A stretch of 64,000 nt of DNA, from the IMG/VR virus record IMGVR_UViG_3300001336_000002, positions 37,744-101,743 of that record, one strand, 5' to 3'. Made by a program: the position numbers and the translations under genes. The notes below the pieces were generated by a model. It was not told the origin of the DNA. It was given only the letters and a program-made list of their open reading frames with translations, and did not search any database. Of the stretch, positions 40,232-53,700 are shown piece by piece (the stretch's first letter is position 1; each line of letters begins with the position of its first letter). This DNA comes from a virus.

Positions 40232-41782
40232 ATGGAAATTAATAAGGCCAAGTGGTCCACAAAAGACAGCAACATTAGACTTTCTATGCCTATCTCTAAG
40301 GTAGACAAAGAAAAGAGAACTGTTTCTGGATTCGCCACATTAGATAACCTTGACCGTCAAGGAGACATCGTTCCTGCTGAAGCGAGCGTAAAGGCCTTTG
40401 AAACATTCCGTGGCAATGTTAGAGAAATGCATCAGCCGATAGCGGTTGGAAAAATTGTTTCCTTTAAAGAAGACAAGTATTTTGATCAAGATGATCAAAA
40501 ACTATACAATGGTATTTATGTTTCTGCTTATGTAAGTAAGGGGGCGCAGGACACCTGGGAAAAGGTTCTGGACGGTACTCTAACAGGATTTTCAATTGGT
40601 GGGGAAATTAATGATGCAGATGATATTTATGATGATGAAATGAATAAATCATACCGTGTAATCAAAGAATATACTTTAAGCGAATTATCTCTTGTTGATA
40701 ATCCAGCAAATCAGTTTGCAAATGTTATTTCAATAGAAAAGTCATTTGATGGAAATCACCTTGAAGGATATCTTTCAAAGGCAACAATTGAAAATGTTTT
40801 CTGGTGTAGAAAAGACGATGTAATCTCCATGGCCTATGAAGAAAATCGTGTTTGTCCACAATGCGACAAGGCTATGTCAAATATTGGGTTCGTTGAATCA
40901 AACGATACAGAAAAGTCATCTGTTGTTCGATCAATTGTTCTTGAAGTTAAAAAAGGATTTATTGATCAAGAAATTAATCGTGGCTATTTTGTTAAGTTTG
41001 ACAATGATTATGGAAAGATTGTCGATGTTGTTATGCGCGGCGGAGCAAAACTTTCTTCTGCCGATGATGTGGTTATGGCAAAGTCTAATGACCCAGTAGC
41101 AATTATCAAAATCTACTCAGAAAATGACGGTACAATAGTACCTACAAGCCGTCGCGTTATTAAGAATATTTCTTCATTAGAAAAAGTTAATGCGATTAGT
41201 AAATCAGAGGTAAAGGAGGTTAGCAAGATGGACTCAGACATTATTGTAGTAGAAGAAATTGAAAAGAGCGCAGGTGTATCTGAGGAACAGGTTTCTCCCG
41301 AACCAACAGCCCTTCCCGTTGTTGAGCAAACTGCAAAAGCAGAAGATAGCGAAGACATGGAAGAGGAAGGTTCTGAGGCAGAAAAAGGGATGTATCCCAA
41401 GAAGGCCGAGCATGGTGACATGGAAGATGAAGAAGATGAAACCATGAAGGCTGACATGCCCGAGGAAACCAAGGAAAATGAGACTGAAAAAATGATTTCT
41501 GAAATCAGCGAGTCTCTAACATCTGCACTTTCCACTCTTGCTGAAACAGTAAAGGCTCTTGATGCCAAGATTGAAGGCATTAACAAGTCCGTTGCTGGCA
41601 TTTCTAGCGAAGTAGAAAGCGTAAAAGATAGTTTTGGAAAGCGCGTGGACGCTGTGGAAAAGGACACCGCTTTTCGTAAGTCTGCTGATCTTGGCGAGAT
41701 CTTGCAGGAAGAACCAGAAATCGTGGAGAAATCCACAACATGGGGCGGTCGTTTCCTCACAAATGCCGACCTATTTAAGTGA
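40232..41782 (+). CDS. HK97-type prohead protease fused to an acidic scaffold
   Basis: V.GFA..D..D.QGD, EMH, GFSIGG, ELSLVD.PAN; acidic coiled C-terminus. Confidence 0.88.
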   Translation: MEINKAKWSTKDSNIRLSMPISKVDKEKRTVSGFATLDNLDRQGDIVPAEASVKAFETFRGNVREMHQPIAVGKIVSFKEDKYFDQDDQKLYNGIYVSAYVSKGAQDTWEKVLDGTLTGFSIGGEINDADDIYDDEMNKSYRVIKEYTLSELSLVDNPANQFANVISIEKSFDGNHLEGYLSKATIENVFWCRKDDVISMAYEENRVCPQCDKAMSNIGFVESNDTEKSSVVRSIVLEVKKGFIDQEINRGYFVKFDNDYGKIVDVVMRGGAKLSSADDVVMAKSNDPVAIIKIYSENDGTIVPTSRRVIKNISSLEKVNAISKSEVKEVSKMDSDIIVVEEIEKSAGVSEEQVSPEPTALPVVEQTAKAEDSEDMEEEGSEAEKGMYPKKAEHGDMEDEEDETMKADMPEETKENETEKMISEISESLTSALSTLAETVKALDAKIEGINKSVAGISSEVESVKDSFGKRVDAVEKDTAFRKSADLGEILQEEPEIVEKSTTWGGRFLTNADLFK

Positions 41783-41811
41783 AAGTAAAAAATACAGGAG
41801 GTGAAAGTCAA

Positions 41812-42942
41812 ATGGCAGAAGATATTCTGAAGAACCAGCCAAGCGAAAGTAGCGAATATGGCGATCCAAACCCAGGTCTATACCAGGGTCAAGGCGCTGT
41901 CGCTTCTGGAGGCGTAGGTGGTGTAACTGATCCTGCAGCCGACGTTTTGGGTAATATCCCAAACGCTATTGATGGCGTAACAACAGGACCAAATGCCGTA
42001 AACCCAACGGGCGTCCCTGGCGGTATTCTAAACCCTGAACAGGCTCGTCGTTTTATCGACTATGTTTGGGATGCAACAGTTCTCGCCCAAGATGGTCGTA
42101 GAGTTACAATGCGTGCAAACACCATTGAACTTGAGAAGGTCAACGTTGGAGAGCGTGTTATTCGCGCTGCTTCACAGGCCCTAGGCGAGTACACCAATGC
42201 TGGAGCAACATTTACAAAGGTAGAACTTACCACAAAGAAGATTCGTCTTGACTGGGAGGTTGCAACTGAGGCACTAGAAGATAACATCGAAGGTGCAGCA
42301 CTTGAGGACCACCTAGTTCGTTTGATGACAAACGCTTTTGGTAACGACCTTGAGGATCTTGCTATCAATGGCAACGGAGGTGTAGATCCATTCCTAGGAA
42401 TCATGAACGGCTTTGTCAATCAGGTTAAGACAACTGGTGACGCTCACGAAGCAGTCGTTGATGTTGCTGATGGTTGGACACCAGAGGTAATGCAAGAAAT
42501 TATCTATGCACTACCCCGCAAGTACCGCGCTATCAAGACTGGTCTCAAGTTCTATGCAGGTACAGATGTTTTCGCAAACATTGTCAAGAACAACGGTACC
42601 CTTGCTGACGCTATCGCTGAAGCAATGGGCCCCCGTGTCGCTGGCACAGAAGGTCGTCGTGAGGATTACCTCTCAGGCGCTGGTCAGACCATGGGTGGTG
42701 CTCGTACCACTCGCGTTCTTGGTATTGATGTTCATGAAGTTCCTTACTACCCAGCGGATTATGTGGATCTCACATTCCCACAGAACCGCGTATGGGGCTT
42801 CCAGCGTGACATTACTGTCAACCGTGAGTACAAGCCAAAGAAGGATACTATTGAGTACACCGTCTTTGTTCGCTTCGGTCTCACATGGGAAGAACTAGAC
42901 GCAGTTGCATTTGCTGATACATCAGCCGCAGTAACATCCTGA
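41812..42942 (+). CDS. Major capsid protein
   Basis: GG.L.PEQ..RFI, EALEDNIEG, DLEDLAING; GGAGGTG SD; highly biased codons. Confidence 0.88.
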   Translation: MAEDILKNQPSESSEYGDPNPGLYQGQGAVASGGVGGVTDPAADVLGNIPNAIDGVTTGPNAVNPTGVPGGILNPEQARRFIDYVWDATVLAQDGRRVTMRANTIELEKVNVGERVIRAASQALGEYTNAGATFTKVELTTKKIRLDWEVATEALEDNIEGAALEDHLVRLMTNAFGNDLEDLAINGNGGVDPFLGIMNGFVNQVKTTGDAHEAVVDVADGWTPEVMQEIIYALPRKYRAIKTGLKFYAGTDVFANIVKNNGTLADAIAEAMGPRVAGTEGRREDYLSGAGQTMGGARTTRVLGIDVHEVPYYPADYVDLTFPQNRVWGFQRDITVNREYKPKKDTIEYTVFVRFGLTWEELDAVAFADTSAAVTS

Positions 42943-43034
42943 TTATCAACAATATAATGTCGATGGGGGAGGGATTAATTTCCCTCCCCCTAGGCATATT
43001 CTGATATAATTGCTAATGAGGAAAGGTATAGAAT

Positions 43035-46000
43035 ATGTCAGAAAATCCAGGAGTAGTTGAAGACTCAGCATTTCCAAGGGAAGCCCCCAAGAAAAGAACG
43101 AGGGCCACAAAGAAGATTGCTGAAAAAACTCCAGTAGAAAACGTTGTTTTAGAAGAGGCAGCAGAAGTTGTTAACGATGATGGACAGAAAGTTATTTCTG
43201 GACCAGCAAAGACAAAGGGGACAAGAAAGGCCAATAATTTTAGCAATGAAAATAATGTAGTAGGCTCAAGAGCAGCAGACGCAGCATTGCTAAGAGAAAA
43301 GACCGATGTAAAAGAGGAAAAAGATATCAAGGATAAAATAGCCCTTTGGTCAGAAAAAAATGTCAGATGGTCTGACGTTGGTGCTCTTTCTAAGGGATAT
43401 AATATTGTTACTGAGGAGGCTGCCGTAAAGTGGCTTAGCAAAAACGGTATTCGTAAGGCTACCCCAGAAGAAGTCGCCACATACTACGGCAAATAATATA
43501 TGGAAATATTAAGGGTTGCCCCATATCCACTATCCTTTAGTCAAGGCGATCTAGATCCTAACACGAACTACGTTTTATGCCTGTTGGATAATCATGGGTG
43601 GGATCTAGTAGAAGTCGGCGGCACATCGGATTCGTCAGGAGTGTTTCAAGTAAATCTTCCAGACTTTTTTTCACGATACGACGACTATTACTTAGTGGAA
43701 ATATACGAAAGTCTGGGCACAAACTCAGATGGAAAGCACAATCGTGGAGCCTTCAAGTTTTCAGATAGTCTTACGGTGGTAAAGCCATACATAGATGTTG
43801 TTTCCCTAGCAGAATCTACGGGGGAGGAATTAGAAGATGTACAGATGTACGAATCTTTATCCAGAGCAATTATTAACTCTTTTACTGATGGATTTGGATA
43901 TCATAGAAGTGTATATGAAGCAAATGGAAATGGCGCAGACTATATGCCAGCACCATTTAGACTCAATAGGGTTATCAAGGTAATTGAAAATGATTTCTTA
44001 GTTTTTGATTCAGAGGCCGCAGAACCAGCAACAGAAAGAACCTATATAGTTACTCCAGATCATAGTTCTGTAACGCTACATGTGCCTTATCCTTACGGAT
44101 ATAACAGGATGGAGTCTAATCCCGTAGTTCCATATATTCCAGCATCAGACTCGTTTACTCTTTACAATACAAACGACTCCCCCAACATTATTCAAAACAT
44201 GAAGGGTTCACCCTTCTTCCCAGAGGGATGGGACTATGTGTTTGTATTGGAGACTGGATGGGCGGCAATTCCTCAGGAAATAAGGCACGCAACCAAACTA
44301 TTAATTAATGACTTTAAGTGTAACAATCTTCCTTATGCAAATTCATATATTAGCGAATATAAGAGCGATCAATTCTCCATTAAGTTTGAGCCAGGGGCAT
44401 TTGAAAAAACTGGGAACGGAATAGTAGATCAAATACTAGAAAAGTACAAAACCCCCATGGGCCGTATCGGGGTGCTGTAATGGGCATCTTTAACTCCTGT
44501 ACAAACATTCTGTTCCCTATGAAGTGTGACGTATATTATGCAGAAGAGTCTCAAGACGATTATGGGCAAATAAACAAGGTATGGAATTTTTATTCCACAT
44601 ATCCCTGCGCCTTTTACCCAGAAGGGGCGCCAAATAAGGATGGCTTTTCTTTTGAAGATCAGCGGTTTTATAATCTAGAGCAAGTTCTTTTTGGAAGAAT
44701 AAAAACAGATATAAGAAAAAATTCTTATGGAGAATATCACCCATCATCTCATATTTTAGTGACAAACATAAGGCAGTCTAATTGCGGGGACGAAGTGTTT
44801 TTCTATGAAACTTTAGAGGGCTACGAAGGAAATCCAACCATATATGAAGTGAGAATGATTCAGCCGCATATTGGTCCATTTTCTTCCCCCGAATATTACT
44901 CAATTGAATTAAAAAGATCAGACACTCAGGAGTTGAGTCTTAATGGTGGCTGCTAGAATCAACGCTCTTGAGTTTTCTACAATATTAAACAACACCACAA
45001 GATACTCTTACGGATTCATCGATGGAATAGAATCATCAAAAATTATTCTTATGAACAGGCTTGCTGAATTTGTAGCAGACGCCCTGGGCAAATACATTGA
45101 TTCTCAGGCAAGAGTGAACTCAGAATCCTTGCATCACGTTTATGAGTGGGGGGCGGCGGGAAGCCCCAGAGCAAGACTTTTTTATCTCAATGGAGTTGCA
45201 ACAGGATCTTTAATTACTATTAGTGGACAGTTTCTTCCATCTTCATCAACAAGCGACACATCTTCACAACCATTTGTTGATAAGGCAAATGTAATGGAAA
45301 ATCAAATAGGAATTGTTATTTCTCCTAAAAACTCAAACGTTCTCGCTTTTGAAAACGAAGGAGAAATGGTGTTTACTAGAAACTCTATATATATAGAGAA
45401 TCCAGGTGGTGACGCAGTAGCGGGAAGTTTTGGAAGAACTGTAGATTTATTTTTCACCCAATACTTTACCAATGCTCTTCTTGCCCCATTTCTTGCAGAG
45501 TTGTCTACACCAAAAGAATACTCAATAAATTTTAAAGCGGGAACTCGCGGAGGATATGGTGTAGGATTAACAGCAGGACAGAAATATATAAATTCAGCAG
45601 GATTGGTGTTGGAATAATGTTTGGTCAACTAGCCCTACCAGTAAAAACAGTTAACGGTTTTTTATGGGATACTCTCAAAACCCTTGAGCCCTCGCTGAAT
45701 AAAAAATATGGAAACGTCGTACCTTTTTTCCCTATTAGCGATTCTGCATCAGGCAAGGCCTCCTGGGAAAATAAAACATATGTAATATACGATAGAATGC
45801 TAAAGATAAGGCCAGGTCCATGTTATATTACAAAAAGAGAACACATCTTGTATTATGTTAAGGGCAAAGAAATAGACACTCTTGAGTGGGGGCTGGCAAT
45901 TCAATATATTCTTGACAGAATGGATGACGCTGCTCAAGACATTAATGATTGGAACAGACAGCAAACACCTCCAGCAGACGTATATTTTCATCATTTAAAA

Positions 46001-46141
46001 ATTTATCAATCAGATACTGGAGATATGAGCAGCGCTACCGCTACAAGGGATTTTAGCACTAGGCCATATTATGTTACTCAGTTTATTGTGGAGGCCGAAT
46101 ATCATTTTACAGAGTCTATTGAGTCAATATTGTTGTCATAA
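43035..46141 (+). CDS. Head-tail joining/neck/terminator genes (43035-43496, 43500-44480, 44480-44956, 44943-45617, 45617-46141)
   Basis: Synteny between capsid and tail tube; 43500 has GW..IP.EI..A..LL typical of adaptors. Confidence 0.6.
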
Positions 46142-46206
46142 AATGATATATAATTTTAATTGAGGAAACGCCCCTAAATTCTATAGGAAAAACGAGGTGA
46201 AAAAAT

Positions 46207-46881
46207 ATGGCTTATACCCGTGGTGATTCAAAGCAGATTATTGTTGGCGCAGCCGCTATGTTTGTGTCTTCAACTGCTGAATTCGATCCAACCAACACCG
46301 ATCCAACCCTACCTGATTTCGTGGCAGGAACAACCTACCGCGACACCCTTCAGGACTCAAGCGTTGTTCGTAACGTTGGTTACACCATGAACGGTCTTGA
46401 ACTACAGTTCCAGCCAGATTTCGGTGAGGTACAGGTTGACCAACTTCTTGACGTTGCAAAACTCTACAAGCAAGGAATGCAGGTTAATCTTGCTACCGCT
46501 TTTGCAGAGGCAACTCTTGAGAACCTTCTAGTTGCTATTGCTGCTCCTACAGGCGACCTTTCAGAGAACGTCCAAATGGACAACCCTCTAGAAAGTGGCA
46601 CAACCAACTTTGCTGATGTCATGGAACTTTCTTCAGGAGAAATTGGTGAGTGCCCCGTAGAGCGTGGACTCATTGCTGTTGGCCCAGGCACTGGTGACTG
46701 TGAAGCAGGTAGCACCATTGAAAGAATTTATGTTGCTTACCGTGCGCTCTCAATTGAGAACGTTACAGTTTCAGCCAAGCGCGACGAACCCTCTATGTTT
46801 GAGGTTTCCTTCCGTTTGCTACCAGCCAACAACGGTTCATACGGTAAAATTGTTGACCGTCTAGTACCAGCATCATCATAA
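46207..46881 (+). CDS. Major tail tube protein
   Basis: IIVGA, VGYT..G.E, V.VDQ, T.FAE.TLENL; own promoter and terminator. Confidence 0.85.
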   Translation: MAYTRGDSKQIIVGAAAMFVSSTAEFDPTNTDPTLPDFVAGTTYRDTLQDSSVVRNVGYTMNGLELQFQPDFGEVQVDQLLDVAKLYKQGMQVNLATAFAEATLENLLVAIAAPTGDLSENVQMDNPLESGTTNFADVMELSSGEIGECPVERGLIAVGPGTGDCEAGSTIERIYVAYRALSIENVTVSAKRDEPSMFEVSFRLLPANNGSYGKIVDRLVPASS

Positions 46882-46975
46882 TTAAATAAATAACTTAATA
46901 GGCATCGGCCCCGTCCTTGTGACGGGGCCTTTGCTGTGCTATAATTTACTTGCTACTAGACAACAGGAGGAAAAA

Positions 46976-47682
46976 TTGGCAACTAAAGTAGTAGACACAG
47001 TAAGCGTAGAACTTATTAGTGGCAAGAAGATTGCTCTTCGCCCACTAAGAATCTCTCTTCTTAGAGAGTTTATGGAGCGATTTGATGGCATCTCTGACGT
47101 TGCCACCGACAACACAAAGTCAATGGACCTTCTCATTGACTGTGTTCAGATCGCTATGAAGCAATACGATCCAGAACTAGCAGAGGATCGTGAAAAACTA
47201 GAAGATGAATTAGACCTTCCAGGAGTATACAAGGTCATTGAGATCGCAGCAGGGATAAAATTCGATGACCCAAATCTCCTGATGGCGGGTCAAAGTGGTC
47301 GGAACTAGACCTCGCCACACTAGAATCTGAAGTATTTTTACTGGGAATCTGGAAAGATTATCAAGAATTAGAAGATAGTCTTTCTGTTCCAGAACTTGTT
47401 GCTACTCTAGAATCAAAAAGGGAAAAGGAGTATCAGCATCAAAAGTTTTTGGCTGCCATTCAGGGGATTAACTTGGACGAGTCATCCTCAAATTCATCAA
47501 AGGGCACTCAAAAAGAATGGGAAGATCTTAAGGCAAAAGTCTTTAGTGGAGGAACCACAGCAGACAGCAACGACATAGTTTCTCTACAAGGGGCAAGCGC
47601 TAAAAAAGCAGGGTTTGGAATAAATAACGGCTTAGAATATGTAGATTTAAAAAATAATGAGCCCAAAAACCCTCTTGGCTAG
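46976..47682 (+). CDS. Tail assembly chaperones G (46976-47308) and GT via programmed -1 frameshift
   Basis: Slippery heptamer C CCA AAT at 47269-47275; the -1 frame is open from 47269 to 47682; lies just before the tape measure. Confidence 0.85.
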
Positions 47683-47709
47683 TGTATAATATTATAGAGG
47701 TGCAAATTT

Positions 47710-50700
47710 GTGGCTGATGTAAATGCAAGGATACATGTTGGTATTGATGCTTCTTCTGCCATAGCACAATTAAGATCTCTTCAATCTCAACTATCTGCCT
47801 TTAATGCTAGCGTTGTTAAAGGAAATACTGCTGCCGTAGCATCTCAGCAAGCGCTTACTTCTGCGCTTGTTTCGCAGATTGGTGCTACTGGAAAATTTAC
47901 CACATCGATTAGATCGATGGATTCTGGCATTTCTGCAATGCAGCAGGGCTTTGACAAGGGAACCCTTTCCGCAAGACAATATTTTAGGTACGCAGGATCT
48001 CAGGTTCCTCTACTGAGCAGGGCGTTCCGAGGCCTTGGTGCTGAGCAGGCCGCTATGACCGACCTTGCCACCCAAAGAGTGAAAAGGCTGCAAACGCAGT
48101 ATATTAGTCTGGGAAGGGATGCACAGGGGGTCCAGAAAGTTTTGGCAGCACAGCCAAAAACTCTGGCAAGTGGGTATGCCACACAGGTGGCCCTGGCTAC
48201 ACAAAAGCAGCAACTGTTTACTCGCGCTCTTCAGTTGGGATCTACTCAAATTGTAAATTGGGGAAAGAATACCCAGTGGGCTGGCCGACAGTTGATGGTT
48301 GGCTTTACCGTTCCCCTGGGGATGGCAGCCGCTGCCGCATCAAAGTTTTTTAAAGACCTAGAGGCAGAGACCATAAACTTCAAAAAAGTTTATGGCGACA
48401 TTTTTACTACTGATGCAGAGGTTGAAAAAAATCTATCAGCGGTTAAAGAACTTTCTAAAGAATTTACCAAATACGGTATTGCAGTAAGCGATAGCATGGC
48501 GCTGGCAAACATTGCTGCACAGGCAGGCCAGCGCGGAGCAGACTTAATGGACGCCACAACACAAGCAACAAGGCTTTCTGTTCTTGGCCAAATGGAATCG
48601 CAAGATGCTATGAAAACAACGATTTCTTTGCAAACTGCTTTTGGCCTAAGTTCTGAAAAACTTGCTGAAGCAATTAACTTTTTGAATGTTGTAGAAAATC
48701 AGTCAGTTCTAAGCCTGCAAGACGTTGCAGGAGCAATTCCTCGTGTGGCCCCTGTAATTCAGGCCCTGGGTGGAGACGTAAAAGACATGGCTGCCCTTCT
48801 CGTTGCCATGAAAGAAGGTGGCGTTAGCGCTGCAGAAGGAGCCAATGCCCTTAAGAGTTCCTTGGGAAGATTGATCACCCCAACCAGGGCAGCATCTGAT
48901 ATGGCACGCGGCCTGGGGATTAATCTAGAAGAAATTGTTACTAAAAATCAAGGCCAGGTAATGCCTATGGTTATTGAACTTGCCAACGCAATGAAAGCCC
49001 TAAGTGGATTAGAGCAACAGCAACTTCTTTCTCAGATTTTCGGTAAATTTCAGTATGCTCGTATCGGTGCTCTTTTTAGCAGCATTACGGACGAGGCATC
49101 GCAGGCCAACAGAATTATTGAACTAATGGGCATGTCTACAGAAGAACTCGCCTCTACTGCTGAAAAAGAATTGTCTGTAATTGAAGAATCTGTTTCTGCA
49201 AAATTTACTCAGGCAATTGAAAAACTCAAAGTTGCTATTGCTCCAATCGGAGAAACATTTTTAAAGGCAATAACTCCAATTATTAGCGCGGTAGCGTCTA
49301 TTGCTGATGCTTTTAACAACCTTCCCGATGGAGTTAAAAATGTAATCGGTCTTGTGGTGGGGGCGATTGGACTTGTTGCTCCCGCTGCTCTTATGATGGC
49401 TGGCCTTATTGGAAACGCTATTGGAAACGCAATGAAGTTTGTTTTAGTTTTAAGAAATGGTTTTAAGGGGCTACAGGGAGTTCTTGCTGGTACGGGAGGA
49501 TCATTCAAGTATCAAAGTGGTGCAGCATTAGATTCCGCTGCGGCAATGGCTTCTTTAGAGGGAAAGGTTACTAGTTTAACTGGTGACTTGCTAATACAAG
49601 AAGGAGCAGTAAAAAGTTTAATTGCGGCATACAGAAACCTTGCGGGGGCCGCATCATCAGCAGCCGCCGCCATGCCAAGAGGGTTTGGGGTTCCAGGGGT
49701 CGCGGCTGCTGGTGCAGCAGGAAGGTCAATTATCCCCCCAATAAAGCCAATAGGCATGGCCACTGGGGGACTTGTTCCAGGTACTGGAAATAAAGATACT
49801 GTTCCAGCAATGCTTACTCCAGGAGAGTCTGTAATCACAAAAGAAGCAACCGCAAAATATGGGCCAGTTCTTGCTGCAATGAATGCAGGAACACTGCCAG
49901 GATTTAATGTCGGTGTAGTGGGATATGGCAATGAAGTGGCATTTATGCCTAAAGAGTTCAACTTAGGAAAAAGATATCCTGATCCTCTTTCATCAACGCA
50001 ACTGGGGGCAACTTCTGCGTCACTATTTGCAAGAGCGTTTGCAAAAACCACTGCACAAGAAACAAGGGTAGCAGAAAGTGTGTTTAGAAGAACTTCTGGC
50101 GTTTTCAGAATGTTTTCTGACAACTTTACTAGCGAAATTGACAGAATAAAAGATTCTACTGGAAGAGCAGTTTTATCGGAAAGAGAACTTGTCACAGCAA
50201 GAACCAGAGCAGCCGCAGTAACATCACGACAAATACAAATGGTTGAATCTACAACAGGCAGAAAAGTTCTTTCTGGACCACTAAGACAGCAAACATTTGC
50301 ATATATGGGTATTCCTGGATACGAATCTCCAGTCACAACCTTGAGCAGAGTAGGGTCTGGCCATGCAGATCCTATAGGAAGGGGCGGGGTAGTAAAAGGT
50401 GTTACGGCATTAAGAGGTGCCCCAGGAGGAGCAACGACACAAGAAAGGCTTTCCCTTTCTTATAGAAATATGGGTCCAGGACTTCTCTCTTGGCTTGAAA
50501 AGACCACGGGAATAAAGGGTGGACAACTTGGTCATATTGGAGAATCAAGGGTTCTTTCTGTTGGTGAGGCAGAAAGGCTAGTCGGAGGAAGGCTCCCTAG
50601 TTCTTCTGCAGCAATGAGAAACATCGAAAATGTTAGAGCCGCCGCCGCTTCTGGAGAGCGTTACTCCCCAATTGGCAGAAGAATTGCTGGACAGACTGCA

Positions 50701-53700
50701 GGACCAGAAGTATTAGGGGGGCTACCAGTTGCAACAAAGCCAGTTCAACAACAAATAATTTCACAAATGAGCGCATCGGGTGCCGCTGCTGGAACTGCTT
50801 TTGGCACATCTCTTGTTTCCTCTTCTGCCGCATCATCAACCCCTATGCCAGCAAGGGTTCTTTCTGCCACAGGGCATGGATCTCCAGCACCAATTTTTGG
50901 TGCCGCTGGACAACAAGATGGACAATTATATGGAAAAAAGTTTGTCCAAGCAAGAGATTCACAAATACTTTCAGCAAGAAGCCTACAAGACATCCCAAGG
51001 GTGTTAGAGCAAAGAAGAGTTTTATATGGTGACGATTTTGGGCCTCCTGGTGGCCCTGTATCAAACATTGCAGACAGGCCAGTTCCACGAGGACCATCAG
51101 ACAATCTTTCTGCCTCACAGATGGCAAGAGGAAGGGCAAAAATAGCAAGGAGGCAATTTTTTGGAAGTTTAGGTGGCTTAACCCAAGTAATTATGGATGG
51201 TCCCGTTGCAGATATAACAAAATTTGCAAAACAAGAAGTAAAAACATTTACTAATCAAATGCGCTCCGCATTGGGGGGGATTAAAAAGGGATTTGGAAGA
51301 ATATCTGAAGCAGCCAAAAGGGTCGGACAAAACCTTAACGATGCAGCGCCTTCTGCATATAAAGGAATGCCCACAATGTCAGAAATTGGGAAAAAAGCAA
51401 AAGCCTTGCCAATAAGGGTGCTTGACAAGGCTCTTCCTGCTGCAATAAATGCCATGGACAGAGGAGCAGACAGAATGAGAAGGCTCGGCAGGCTTGCATC
51501 AGATATGCCCTAAGATATAATGACGTAAAATCTGCAACGGCAATGCTAGGAAAAGCGGTAGCAGGAACAAAAACTGTAGGGGCCATGATTGATGGAGCAA
51601 AGAAATTATCAATAAGGGTGCTTGACAAGGCTCTTCCTGCTGCAATAAATGCCATGGACAGAGGAGCAGACAGAATGAGAAGGCTCGGCAGGCTTGCATC
51701 AGATATTTAAAGGCAGAGATATAAGGACTGCTGCAAAAATGCTGGGGGATGCCATAGCAGGAACAAAAACTGTAGGGCCAATTATTGAATCAGGTAAAAA
51801 AATGGCTGCGTCAATTGGCAATGCTTCAAGAACGGTAGGCGGAGCCTTTAAAGATATATGGGGAACGTTCAGGTCCGATGGATTTAGAGCGGCAGGAGCA
51901 ATGACTGCTCAAATAACAGGACTAAATCAGGCATGGGGAGGGTTTAAAACTGGTTTCAAGAAAATGCTTACAGATGCAAGAGATATAGGGGTGGGAGTTA
52001 GAGGGGTTGCAAAAGAAATGTTGACTAATGCTAGAAAAACTTTTGGAGATGGATTTAGAGGGCTTGGAAGGTCTATTTCGGATATTTCCTTAAGAAGTTT
52101 TGATAGAGCGCTGGGTGGATGGTCAGGATTTAAGGAATCTTTTAAGGGAGTGGGAGCGGCATTTAAAACTGCAGGAGTAGACGGGGCAAATGCAGTAAAA
52201 TCCTCCTTGAGGGCTGCTGCCGCAAGTATAAGTTCTGGGGTAGGGGCAATGTTTAGTGGACGAAGAATGATTGATCCAGCCACTGGTATGGCCGTGAGTT
52301 TTGGAGAAAGGCATGGTGGAAAAATGATGGGGGCAGGAATGGGACTTTCCATGCTTTCTATGGCCCCCATGATGATGCAAGACGAGGAGGGCAAGTTTAT
52401 GGGAGTTAATGCCAATGCTGCCATGATGGGGACGATGGGTGCGAGCATGCTGCTTACCATGGCTCAAATGATGGGCAAGGCCGCATTACCAGTAATAGCC
52501 CTTTCCGCAGCCGCCGCAGCAGCAGGATTAGCAATCTATGTCTGGAGAGATTCTGTTGATACTGCTGCTAGAAAGGCTGCAGAATTTGGATCAAGTATTG
52601 GCGGCACCGCAAATGTCTTAAACAATCTTTCTAAAATGATGGGTAAACAAACTCCAGCACAAAGACAAACGCAAATGCAATTGAGGTTTACAGAAGAACA
52701 ACAAGAAGAAGGGTTTGGCCAATTTGCCTCTATGCTTGAATCTGAAGAAGGGAAGAAGTTTATTGATGATTTAACAAGTGCAATTGGTCCAGAAAGATTT
52801 AGAATACTAACTGATTATGTAGAAACTGCTATTGCTTCAGGACTTATGGATGTAGAAACTGCAAAACTATTTACACAAACTGTCTCAACCGCAATAGAGG
52901 ATGGCGTAACGGGGGCAATGGTTCTTTCTAAGATTAGCAAGGGCATACAAGAAGGATCAGCGGGACTTCTTGAGCAGGCAAGAGAAAGAAATGCAGCCAT
53001 ATTGCAAAATGAGGCCGTAAGAAATGTTGGCGTTAGTCGTGAAGGAGAACTTGATTTTAGAGATTCTGCAACCGCTATTGGCGCATCGTTCCAGGCAATT
53101 CAAGATTTTTCTAATGCTGCCGCTCTTGCTAAAGAAGAATATATGAATGGAATAATTTCCTATGATCAATATATTTCTGTATTGGATGAGGCAACTGCTG
53201 CTCAAGCAAGGTATGGAAAAATACTGGGGCTAGCAATAGACAACACTTCAGATCTTGGGGGGACAGCACAAGCGCTTCAAAAATCTCTGTCCCTGATACT
53301 CTCTCCAGAGCAATTATCATCATTTAATCAAGCAAGTTTGCAACCAGATGAAGGATTTATTGCAGACACAGGCAAAGGAATGGGAAGGATTCTTGATCAA
53401 ATCTCGACCGTAGCACTGGGTGCTATAACTGGAACATACGATCCGATTAACTTTTTTGAAGGCACAGGTGGAGTAACGCAGCAAGAAGTCCAGCAATATG
53501 AAGAAAGAATTCGTGGACTCATGGCAGAAGCGATATTTTCTGGAATGGATGCTGGAGCAGTAACTGCAATACAACAGTACATAAGCGAAAATCCAGATAG
53601 CATAGCCTATGATGCACTTAGAGATGCCGCGAATGCTGGATTAGGTGGAGAAGTTGCCTATAAATCTGCAATGTTAGCAGCAAATGTAGAATTTTTAGGT

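Larger units (their letters stand above)
16072..47690 (+). promoter_or_regulatory. Late-type extended -10 promoters TG(n)TATAAT
   Basis: e.g. near 16072, 17975, 21167, 26262, 27071, 31231, 33884, 40214, 43002, 46937 and 47683; several leaderless. Confidence 0.7.

Noticed and set aside
47269-47275. Programmed frameshift as a novelty
   Set aside because: Real but standard for tail assembly chaperones; listed as a feature.
51511-51693. Stop-codon reassignment or intron in the tape measure
   Set aside because: Stops are TAA and are explained by two 1-nt indels; the interval is duplicated coding sequence; other genes end normally in TAA, TAG or TGA.
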